From NCBI GenBank assembly GCA_963844475.1, contig CAWJOL010000005.1, positions 40,805 through 104,804 on the forward strand: a DNA stretch of 64,000 nt, given 5' to 3'. The translations under genes were made by a program, and so were the position numbers. A model generated the notes under the pieces. That model searched no databases. It saw only the letters and a list, made by a program, of their open reading frames with translations, and was not told the DNA's origin. Positions 57,159-64,000 of this stretch are shown piece by piece; within the stretch, counting starts at the first letter, position 1, and each line of letters opens with the position of its first letter. Source of the stretch: an uncultured Solirubrobacterales bacterium (GTDB lineage Bacteria > Actinomycetota > Thermoleophilia > Solirubrobacterales > Solirubrobacteraceae).

Positions 57159-57778
57159 GTGCCGGCCTCGTCCGTGGCGGCGGCCTCGGCCGCCAGCACC
57201 CGGATCCTCAGCGCGGCCTCGTCCGGCCCGTCGGCGCTCCAATTCGCCCACGCGAGCAACTCGCGACGCCACTGATCCTCGGCCACCGGGGCCCGCACTC
57301 CAGCCCGGTCGCTGATCAGGCCGATGCGCCGCTCGTGCAGGAGCTCCCAGACCGCCTGCTCAGCCAGCGCCAGGCACTCGCTGGCCCGCAGCTGCGGCCA
57401 GCGCTCCGCGGCGTGGCTCGGCAGCGCTGAGAGGCGCAGCGGCGCCTCGGTAGACCGCTCCATGGCGGTGGCCTTTAGCGTCTGCAGCGGCTGCCCTCCC
57501 CGCGCGATCTGATCCTGCTCGGCCAGAACGCGCGCGGTGACCTCCTCGCCCGAGCGCGCGGCGTTGGCCCAGCCCCGGCCCATCCCGATCTCGTCGGGGC
57601 GCAGCTCAGGTCCCTCGTAGACCGCCAGCTTGGCGCGGTCCGGCGCCCATTTGCGATCCGACCAGTCGATCGTCTCGCCCGCCACCCAGGGCTGCAGAAA
57701 ACCAGCCCGCAGCTGTTCCTCGGTCAGGTTGAACGCCCGGGCGGAATGAAGTGACTGCCGCAACTCGAGATGAAACAC
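57155..57778 (-). CDS. Hypothetical protein
   Basis: 207-aa ORF with natural composition; no family recognised. Confidence 0.65.
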   Translation of the reverse strand: MFHLELRQSLHSARAFNLTEEQLRAGFLQPWVAGETIDWSDRKWAPDRAKLAVYEGPELRPDEIGMGRGWANAARSGEEVTARVLAEQDQIARGGQPLQTLKATAMERSTEAPLRLSALPSHAAERWPQLRASECLALAEQAVWELLHERRIGLISDRAGVRAPVAEDQWRRELLAWANWSADGPDEAALRIRVLAAEAAATDEAGT

Positions 57779-57819
57779 AGGCTGAAGCGTTGCACCTCGG
57801 CCCCCTCGCCACCGAGTCG

Positions 57820-57957
57820 TGGTTCGAAGTTCGACCTGAGCCAGAAGTTCGCACCATGCGGCGGTCGGCCTCGGCGACTTTGGTTCGAAGTTCGGCCGAA
57901 CCCAGAAGATCGCACCAGGCCCGGGTCCGATGCGGTGATTTTGGTTCGAAGTTCGAC
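57820..57957. repeat. Palindromic direct-repeat mini-array, 61-bp period (2 full 37-bp units + 1 partial)
   Basis: TGGTTCGAAGTTCG at 57820, 57881 and 57942; units 1-2 end CCAGAAG(T/A)TCGCACCA; 24-bp non-identical spacers. Confidence 0.85.
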
Positions 57958-57959
57958 TT

Positions 57960-58331
57960 TCAGAGAGCCAGCCCGAGCCGGCTTCCGGCCCAGGCCAGCA
58001 CGACGCCGCCGATCAGGCTGACGACCAGGTTGATCGCGGCGAGTCCCGGGCGCCGCTGCTCAGCCAGTCGATGTGTCTCGTACATCCATGTGCTGAAGGT
58101 GGTGAATCCGCCGATTAGACCCGTTCCGAGCAGCCGGTTCGCGCTGGTGCCGAGACTCAGACCAGCCAGCAGGCCGAGGAGGAAGGCGCCCGAGAGGTTG
58201 ACCACCAGCGTCCCCACCGGGAATCCCCGTGTCCGGGCGGCCATGCCGGCGGCCACGCCGTCCAGCAACACGCGGCCGGCTGCCCCCGCTCCCCCGGCCA
58301 GGCCCACGGCCACGAGCATCGGCGCGCTCAC
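57960..58331 (-). CDS. crcB: Fluoride channel Fluc/CrcB
   Basis: [20 protein letters not shown]. Confidence 0.93.
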   Translation of the reverse strand: MSAPMLVAVGLAGGAGAAGRVLLDGVAAGMAARTRGFPVGTLVVNLSGAFLLGLLAGLSLGTSANRLLGTGLIGGFTTFSTWMYETHRLAEQRRPGLAAINLVVSLIGGVVLAWAGSRLGLAL

Positions 58332-58723
58332 GGGCGGAGCACCCTCGGGCGGCCGAGGCGAGCGGCCGAGGCGACGGCCAGATATCCCAGCGCGATGCTG
58401 CTCAGCGCGTAGGCCAGCGCCAACCCGACCCGGTCGTGGTCGAGCATGCGCAGGAGCTCGACCTGCATGGTCGAGAACGTCGTCAAACCACCGCAGAACC
58501 CGGCGCCGAGCAGGGAACGCCGATAGGGCGGTGGCGGGCGACGCGCCCGCAGGCGAGCAACCAGCAGGCCCAGCAGGAACGCGCCGACCAGGTTGACGGC
58601 AAACGTCGCCCACGGCCACCGGCCCGGGCTCGCTGCCCACGCGTCGCCCAGACCAGCCCGCGCCGCCGAGCCGATGGCCCCGCCGGCGAAAACCGCCGCG
58701 AGCTCCCGAGGGTCGGGGCGCAC
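58328..58723 (-). CDS. crcB: Fluoride channel Fluc/CrcB
   Basis: [20 protein letters not shown]. Confidence 0.93.
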   Translation of the reverse strand: MRPDPRELAAVFAGGAIGSAARAGLGDAWAASPGRWPWATFAVNLVGAFLLGLLVARLRARRPPPPYRRSLLGAGFCGGLTTFSTMQVELLRMLDHDRVGLALAYALSSIALGYLAVASAARLGRPRVLRP

Positions 58724-58738
58724 GAGCCGCCCTACGCC

Positions 58739-59251
58739 TCAGTCGCGGCGATCGCCCTGATCTCGGTAGCGGCGGCGGGCCTCCTCGATCGCCGCCAGCG
58801 CCTTCGCCCGGTCGCCCCAGCCCCGAACCGTCGATTGGCGGTCGGGATCCAGGTCCTTGTAGACGGCGAAGAAATGGGATATCTCCTGGCGCAGCGGGTC
58901 GGGCAGATCCTCAATATCGTTCAGCGCGTCCCAGCCGGGATCGTTCAACGGAACGCAGAGGACCGTGTCGTCGACCCCCTTCTCGTCCTCCATCTCGAAC
59001 AAGCCCACGGGCCGCGCGGGAACGATACAACCCGGAAAGGTCGGCTCGGACAGGCAGACCAACACATCGAGCGCGTCGCCGTCGAGCGCCAGGGTGTCGG
59101 GAATGAACCCGTAGTCGGCCGGATACACCACCGAAGGCATCAGGTAGCGGTCAAGCTTGATCGCGCCCAGCTTCGGGTCGTACTCGTACTTGTTGCGGCT
59201 GCCCTTGGGGATCTCGACGATGCAGATCAGACCGTCGCCGGTCGTGGCCAT
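58739..59251 (-). CDS. ppa: Inorganic pyrophosphatase (family I)
   Basis: EIPKGSRNKYE, YGFIPDT, DGDALD, FFAVYKDL. Confidence 0.95.
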   Translation of the reverse strand: MATTGDGLICIVEIPKGSRNKYEYDPKLGAIKLDRYLMPSVVYPADYGFIPDTLALDGDALDVLVCLSEPTFPGCIVPARPVGLFEMEDEKGVDDTVLCVPLNDPGWDALNDIEDLPDPLRQEISHFFAVYKDLDPDRQSTVRGWGDRAKALAAIEEARRRYRDQGDRRD

Positions 59252-59263
59252 GGCCGGTTGCGC

Positions 59264-59578
59264 TCAGTTCATCTCGCCGCGCGAGACCGCCAGACAGGCC
59301 TCGCAGTGGGGCCACGGCGGGTTCCACGGATACCCGGTGACGTCGCGCCCGCACAGGGCCGTGTCGGGATCCTGCTCGGTGACCAGATGGCAGAGCTCCT
59401 CGAACCCGTTCTCATCGCGTCGGGGCCGGTTCAGGCAATCGGGGTGGACGGCCGGCGAGCGCGCCGGCGCGGCCGCGCGGTGAGAGCGAGACGCGCTCAG
59501 ATGCGGCGCAGAAGCTGGATTAGAAGGTGACACCACGCTGCTCGAGCCAGCTTGCCACTCGCGGGGGCGGATGTCCAT
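59264..59578 (-). CDS. Small Cys/His protein, DUF3039-like putative Zn site; start uncertain
   Basis: CHL...ALCG...HCEAC pattern. Confidence 0.5.
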   Translation of the reverse strand: MDIRPREWQAGSSSVVSPSNPASAPHLSASRSHRAAAPARSPAVHPDCLNRPRRDENGFEELCHLVTEQDPDTALCGRDVTGYPWNPPWPHCEACLAVSRGEMN

Positions 59579-59882
59579 CGTATTCGGCCCGTGCCGCGAG
59601 TCGCAGCAGCTCGGTCGCGTTGGCGTCGACCTCGTCGCGACGGTAGGCCAGGTAGACGATGATCGCGCACGCCATCAGGAACGGGGGATCGTCATCCTCA
59701 TCGCGGGGCCCAAACATCAGGTCAAGGCGCGTCTCCATGTCCTCGATCGCGCGGATTGGCTCGTCGTCATCCTCGAGGCGGGCCAGCAGGTCGTCCAGCG
59801 CCTCGCTGGTGCCGTCATCGCAGGCCTCGACAGCGCGGTGCACCACTTCGGAGACGGTGACGGGTGCGGGTTCAGTGGGCAT
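59520..59882 (-). CDS. Acidic hypothetical protein
   Basis: 120-aa ORF; YLAYRRDE...LAARAEYDG. Confidence 0.7.
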   Translation of the reverse strand: MPTEPAPVTVSEVVHRAVEACDDGTSEALDDLLARLEDDDEPIRAIEDMETRLDLMFGPRDEDDDPPFLMACAIIVYLAYRRDEVDANATELLRLAARAEYDGHPPPRVASWLEQRGVTF

Positions 59883-59915
59883 GCCCTTCCACTATTACCC
59901 CGTGCGACCGGGTGC

Positions 59916-59950
59916 AGAAACAGGTCGAGCGGGCACAAAGGCCCGCTCGA
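59916..59950 (-). terminator. Intrinsic terminator-like hairpin
   Basis: TCGAGCGGGC-CTTTGT-GCCCGCTCGA followed by CCTGTTTCT. Confidence 0.7.
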
Positions 59951-60061
59951 GTGACTGCGATCGCGCTCCCTCTAACTTCACTACGAGCCCCAGGACTTAC
60001 ATGTTGTGCCTGGCGGCAAAACACTCCCAGCCCCCGAAGGGACCGAGTAGGGAGCGGTCGC
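59916..60061 (-). ncRNA. Candidate stand-alone structured small RNA (~146 nt)
   Basis: TAGGCT -10 at 60067-60072; 3-way junction with cUUCGg loop; 10-bp terminator hairpin. Confidence 0.6.
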
Positions 60062-60115
60062 GAGCAAGCCTAGCGAGCGCGCCTAAAGCGTCGACGCCGC
60101 GCGGCCTAAGCCCAG

Positions 60116-61396
60116 CTAGCCGGCGACGGTGACGCTCACGGCCTGAGCGAGCAGATCGTCGGCCACGCGGCGCAGGTCGGCGTCGAGGTGACCGCAGAGG
60201 ACGTCCCTGAGCAGCGCGCGCAAATGCTCCGAGAGTTCCTCGACGAGTCCGTTGGCCCCCGGGCCGGCGGCAGCAAGCCCCGAGATCACCGCTCGCTCGA
60301 GCGAGATTGCGTGGGCGGTGCGTTCAGCCAGGGCGACCCGCCCCTCCGGGGGCGCACACAGGACGGCCAGGCGCTGGGCCAGGCGACCGCTGCCCGGACC
60401 TTCGGGCTCGAGCAGCGCCCGCAGGGCCAGCAGATGGTCGGTCAGGGCCTCAAACGGCGCCAGCCGCTCGCACCCCAGCTCAAACCGCCCCAGCGCCCAT
60501 GCCACCTCACCGTTGGTCGGGGTGCGCCGGGCAACCAGGTTGCAGAAGGCGCGGAGCTCGTCCTCATGTCCTGCGCCGATCAGCGTGACCAGCCGCGGCC
60601 GACCGCTGCCACCCAGCGCGACCGACCGCCAGGCGCCCGCGTCCGTGCGGGTCCAGGCCAGTGGGCCGAGCGCGTATCCGCCGCGCTCGAACAGCCGCAG
60701 GGCGGTCAGGACCCGCCGAAAACGCGCGCGGGCCAGTGACACCGGCGAGGGCGCCGGGCGCTCCTGTCCCACGCTCAGCACGAGCAGCACATTCGGCTCC
60801 TCGCCTCCCTCGCCGGCGGGGCTGGAGGACCCCCACACCGCTTCGGACGGAGCGTCCTCGAGCGTTTCCCCGCGAACCAGCGACAACCCGTCTCCGAGCA
60901 CGAGCTCTCTGGTGCCGGGATCCAGCGAAATGCCCAGCAGCGGGGCGATCACGGTGGTCAGGTAGCGACCGTCATAGAGAGCCCGCTCGAGCTCCTCGTA
61001 GGCCAGCTCGAATCGCTCCGGGTCGAAACCGAACTCGCTGCGCTCGGCGAACACCCCGGCCAAAAACGATCGTAGGGCCGCGTCGGCCCGCTCGCGCGGG
61101 GGCACGGGGATGCGACGCTCCCCGCGCTGCTGGAGGTAGGCCTCGACTCCGTCCAGGGCGACGAGTCCGTGCGCCGCCGGCGCGTAGCTCGGCAGCGCGG
61201 AAAGAAGGCCCAGGCGCTCGCGGATGAACGCGCCGGTGAGCGGCCGGTAGCAATACAGCGGCACGCGGCCGGGACGGCCTTCGGCCTCGGTTAGCTCAAA
61301 CGGGATCTCGGCTCCGCCGGCCGTCTCCTCGGCCAGGCAACCCGCGGCGTCGACCGCGAAGGCCTCGAGCGCGTCATGAAGGGACAGATTCCGCAC
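60116..61396 (-). CDS. Hypothetical protein with a degenerate Apea-like HEPN C-terminal domain
   Basis: ALGRF...ER...LTDHLLALRALL...RLAQRLAVL...SLERAVISG. Confidence 0.6.
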   Translation of the reverse strand: MRNLSLHDALEAFAVDAAGCLAEETAGGAEIPFELTEAEGRPGRVPLYCYRPLTGAFIRERLGLLSALPSYAPAAHGLVALDGVEAYLQQRGERRIPVPPRERADAALRSFLAGVFAERSEFGFDPERFELAYEELERALYDGRYLTTVIAPLLGISLDPGTRELVLGDGLSLVRGETLEDAPSEAVWGSSSPAGEGGEEPNVLLVLSVGQERPAPSPVSLARARFRRVLTALRLFERGGYALGPLAWTRTDAGAWRSVALGGSGRPRLVTLIGAGHEDELRAFCNLVARRTPTNGEVAWALGRFELGCERLAPFEALTDHLLALRALLEPEGPGSGRLAQRLAVLCAPPEGRVALAERTAHAISLERAVISGLAAAGPGANGLVEELSEHLRALLRDVLCGHLDADLRRVADDLLAQAVSVTVAG

Positions 61397-61465
61397 AGGC
61401 GCCGTTTCGCGCCGGGGTGGTGCGATTCCTGCCCGCGGGTACCGACTTGCAGGCCCCGGAGGGGC

Positions 61466-61912
61466 CTAGCCGGCGCGTTCGATCTCGCTCAAGTGTGCGA
61501 TGTTGTCCGCGTCGCCTGGATCGGCGCTCGAGTCACCCGCAAACCATGCCTCCAGGATCTCCTCAAGCTCGGCGGTCGAAGTGGTGCGGAGGCTGAGCGC
61601 GAGCACATTGGCGTCGTTCCAGCGCCTGGCCCCAGCGGCGGTGGCGGCATCGGCGCACAGCGCTGCGCGGATGCCTGCGACCTTATTGGCGGCGATCGAT
61701 GCGCCGGTCCCGGTCCAACACGCAACCATCGCCTGCTCCGCGCGCCCCTCGGCCACGTCACGAGCCGCGCGTTCGCTCGCCCAGGCCCAGTCGTCCCGTT
61801 CATCCTCGACGTAGGCGCCGTGGAGGATCGGCTCGTGGCCTCGCTCACGCAACGCGTCCGGCAGTGCCATGGCGACGCCCGTGAGCTCGTCCGCGGCGAC
61901 CGCGATCCGCAC
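61466..61912 (-). CDS. RpiB/LacA/LacB family sugar-phosphate isomerase
   Basis: CWTGTGASIAANKVAGIRAALC, WNDANVL. Confidence 0.92.
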   Translation of the reverse strand: MRIAVAADELTGVAMALPDALRERGHEPILHGAYVEDERDDWAWASERAARDVAEGRAEQAMVACWTGTGASIAANKVAGIRAALCADAATAAGARRWNDANVLALSLRTTSTAELEEILEAWFAGDSSADPGDADNIAHLSEIERAG

Positions 61913-61919
61913 CGGTCAC

Positions 61920-62297
61920 TCAGGCAGCCGCGGGGACGGGCTCGCGAGCGCTGGTGCGTTCGTCAAACTCGTCGGGGTCCGCGCAGTCGCCGCCCAACCA
62001 CTCGCGCCCATAAGCGCGCATGTCCTCGATCAGCGGCACCAACGCGCGGCCCTTCTCGGTCAGGGCGTACTCGACGCGCGGCGGGACCTCGGGGAACGTC
62101 TGCCGCTCGACGATGCCTTCCTCCTCGAGCGCGCGCAGCCGCAGTGACAGCGTCCGCGGGCTGATTCCCTTCAGTGACCGTTCCAGCTCGCAGAAGCGAG
62201 AGCGTCCATCGGCCAGGTCACGGATCACCAGCAGAGTCCACTTGCCACAGACGATTTCCGCCGTGCGGCAAACTGCGCAGGTTTGGTTCGAAGCCAT
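61920..62297 (-). CDS. HxlR-family regulator
   Basis: GKWTLLVIRDL, ISPRTLS, VPPRVEYALTEKG. Confidence 0.93.
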   Translation of the reverse strand: MASNQTCAVCRTAEIVCGKWTLLVIRDLADGRSRFCELERSLKGISPRTLSLRLRALEEEGIVERQTFPEVPPRVEYALTEKGRALVPLIEDMRAYGREWLGGDCADPDEFDERTSAREPVPAAA

Positions 62298-62347
62298 CCG
62301 AATGCCTATTCTAGCGCAAAGCTTCAGGAACTGAAGCGAGCGGGAGC

Positions 62348-63589
62348 TTAGGCCGCGACGCCGGGCGGGGCCGCCGACGGCGCTCGCGTGGGAGCGCTCG
62401 GGGTGACCGGCGCGGCGCTCGGAGCAACCGGCGGCGCGCTTTGCTTGAGCGTGACCGGTCCGGCTGCGCTGGAGGCGGCGAGCTTTCCCGCCAGGTCCTC
62501 CATCGAGGTGCTGGTCCGCCCGTCCGCCGACACCAGCAGCTTGAAGTCGTGCGGGCTGCTGGCCACGCGCAGAGCGTCCTCCATGGAGACTCGCCCAGCC
62601 TGGTGGTGACGCAGCAGTGCCTGATCGAAGGTCTGCATCCCGTAGTACTCGCCCTCGGCGATGACCTCACGGAGGCGGCCCGTCTGGTCGGGGTCGAGAA
62701 TCATGTCCCGTGCGCGTCCGGTCATGCGCAGGATCTCGCACACGCAGACCCGCCCGTTGCCATCGGGCGTCGGGACCAGCCGCTGGGAGACGACACCCCT
62801 GAGCGTGCCGGCGAGCATCGCTCGGGCCTGCGTCTGCTCGTGGAGCGGAAAGAAGTCGACGATCCGGTTGACGCTCTCAGGTGCGTCGAGGGTGTGCACG
62901 GTCGAGAGCACCAGGTGTCCCGTCTCGGCCGCCGAGAGTGCCGTGCGCACGGTCTCCTCGTCGCGCATCTCCCCGATCAGAATCACGTCGGGGTCCTGAC
63001 GGAGGACCCGGCGCATCGCCCGGCTGAACGAGATGGTGTCCATCCCGACCTCACGCTGGTTGATGATCGAGTTGCGGTCGGAGTGCAGATACTCGATCGG
63101 ATCTTCGATCGTCACGATGTGGCGACGCTTGGTCTCGTTGATGTGGTCGATGATCGCCGCGAGGGTGGTCGATTTACCCGAGCCGGTCGTGCCGGTGAGC
63201 AGGATCAGCCCCCGCTCCTCGTCCGCGAGGTCGCTGATCACCGCGGGCAGGCCGAGCTCGTCGACGGTCCGCACCGCATACGGGATCACGCGCATGGCCA
63301 CCGAGACGACGCCCCGCTGCTGGAACGCGTTGACGCGGAACCGCGCCAGTCCCTCGGCGGCATACGAGAAGTCCACCTCGTGCTCGGAGTCGAACTCCGC
63401 CAACTTGACCGGGTCGTGGAGCATCTCCCGCAGCACTCGTTCGGTGTCCGCAGCCTGCAGCGGCTCATAGCGCTCGATCGGCGCCAACCGCCCGTGCACG
63501 CGCGCCAGCGGCCGTGAGCCGACCTTCAGATGTAGGTCAGACCCCTCCTCGCGTACGACAAACCGAAGCACCTCGAGCAGATCGAACAT
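62348..63589 (-). CDS. pilT: Type IV pilus retraction ATPase PilT/PilU family
   Basis: SDLHL, RFRVNAF, GTTGSGKSTT, TIEDPIE, LRQDPD, GMQTFDQ. Confidence 0.92.
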   Translation of the reverse strand: MFDLLEVLRFVVREEGSDLHLKVGSRPLARVHGRLAPIERYEPLQAADTERVLREMLHDPVKLAEFDSEHEVDFSYAAEGLARFRVNAFQQRGVVSVAMRVIPYAVRTVDELGLPAVISDLADEERGLILLTGTTGSGKSTTLAAIIDHINETKRRHIVTIEDPIEYLHSDRNSIINQREVGMDTISFSRAMRRVLRQDPDVILIGEMRDEETVRTALSAAETGHLVLSTVHTLDAPESVNRIVDFFPLHEQTQARAMLAGTLRGVVSQRLVPTPDGNGRVCVCEILRMTGRARDMILDPDQTGRLREVIAEGEYYGMQTFDQALLRHHQAGRVSMEDALRVASSPHDFKLLVSADGRTSTSMEDLAGKLAASSAAGPVTLKQSAPPVAPSAAPVTPSAPTRAPSAAPPGVAA

Positions 63590-63597
63590 CTCGACTC

Positions 63598-63625
63598 TCA
63601 TCGGCCCACCGCCGCCACGGCTTTA
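63598..63625 (-). promoter_or_regulatory. sigma28 (WhiG/FliA/SigD)-type promoter
   Basis: TAAA-N16-GCCGATGA, 8 nt before the pilT ATG. Confidence 0.65.
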
Positions 63626-63660
63626 GGACTGCCGAATCAGCTCTGGACGTAGACGCGCTG

Positions 63661-63719
63661 GGGCCGCCGCCTTCCGTTAGAGACACTCCGATGCGGTCTC
63701 AAACGGAAGGCGACGGCCC
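63661..63719. terminator. Long hairpin downstream of the sigma factor gene
   Basis: GGGCCGCCGCCTTCCGTTAGAGAC / GTCTCAAACGGAAGGCGACGGCCC, ~24-bp stem with 2 mismatches. Confidence 0.65.
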
Positions 63720-63738
63720 AGGCGCCAGCAGCTAATTC

Positions 63739-64000
63739 CTAAGCGACGTCCCGAAGCTTCTGAGCCTCAGCCAGCGACTGAAGCTTCTTGAGCGACTGAT
63801 TTTCGATCTGCCGGATCCGCTCCCGCGTGACGTTGAACGTCCGCCCGACCTCATCCAGCGTGCGCGGGTGCTCGCCGCCGAGCCCGTAGCGAAGCTCGAG
63901 CACTCGGCGCTCGCGGTAGCTGAGGTTCTCGAGGGCCTCGCGCAAGGCCTCCTTGGTGAGGATCTCTGCCGCGCGCTCATACGGAGACTCGGCACGCTCA
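63739..64000 (-). CDS. RpoD/SigA-family sigma factor, region 4 (5' part outside the window)
   Basis: VLELRYGL...RTLDEVGRTFNVTRERIRQIENQSLKKL. Confidence 0.93.
   Translation of the reverse strand, partial: ERAESPYERAAEILTKEALREALENLSYRERRVLELRYGLGGEHPRTLDEVGRTFNVTRERIRQIENQSLKKLQSLAEAQKLRDVA

Noticed and set aside
57820-57957. Bona fide CRISPR array
   Set aside because: Only 2.5 units, variable repeat centres, short 24-bp spacers with similar ends, no leader or cas genes.
59883-60115. Fluoride riboswitch or 6S RNA
   Set aside because: No GGCGAUGG...CGCC fluoride core seen; shorter than 6S and folds as a branched structure rather than a long rod with a central bubble.

Overview
GC-rich actinobacterial chromosomal segment. 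Gene content and order suggest Thermoleophilia/Solirubrobacterales (inference). From about 1-30 kb many genes, including housekeeping ones (glyA, prmC), are split by single-base indels, typical of an unpolished long-read assembly. Main blocks: (1) rpmE-DUF1385-prfA-prmC-tsaC-glyA-wecA; (2) acyl-CoA metabolism (etfBA, ETF-QO, an isobutyryl-CoA-type B12 mutase pair, thiolase, acyl-CoA dehydrogenase, meaB); (3) a mau-like operon of mauE, an 18-Cys Tat substrate, a mauD-like thioredoxin and a mauF-like membrane protein with an in-frame UGA at the conserved WSPCG cysteine followed by two hairpins (candidate selenoprotein); (4) homologues of the mycobacterial methylglucose-lipopolysaccharide cluster; (5) parA coupled to an ftsZ with a ~130-aa N-terminal extension; (6) a 13-kb amine/polyamine uptake and catabolism block between two ArsA/Get3-like ATPase genes; (7) a 61-bp-period palindromic mini-array, crcB-crcB-ppa, a candidate ~146-nt sRNA next to a degenerate HEPN-like gene, pilT with a sigma28-type promoter, and the 3' end of a sigma70 gene. 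The best candidates for new biology are the putative Sec-containing mau-like system, the ParA/extended-FtsZ module and the orphan sRNA. All family assignments come from motif recognition by eye; no database search was run.
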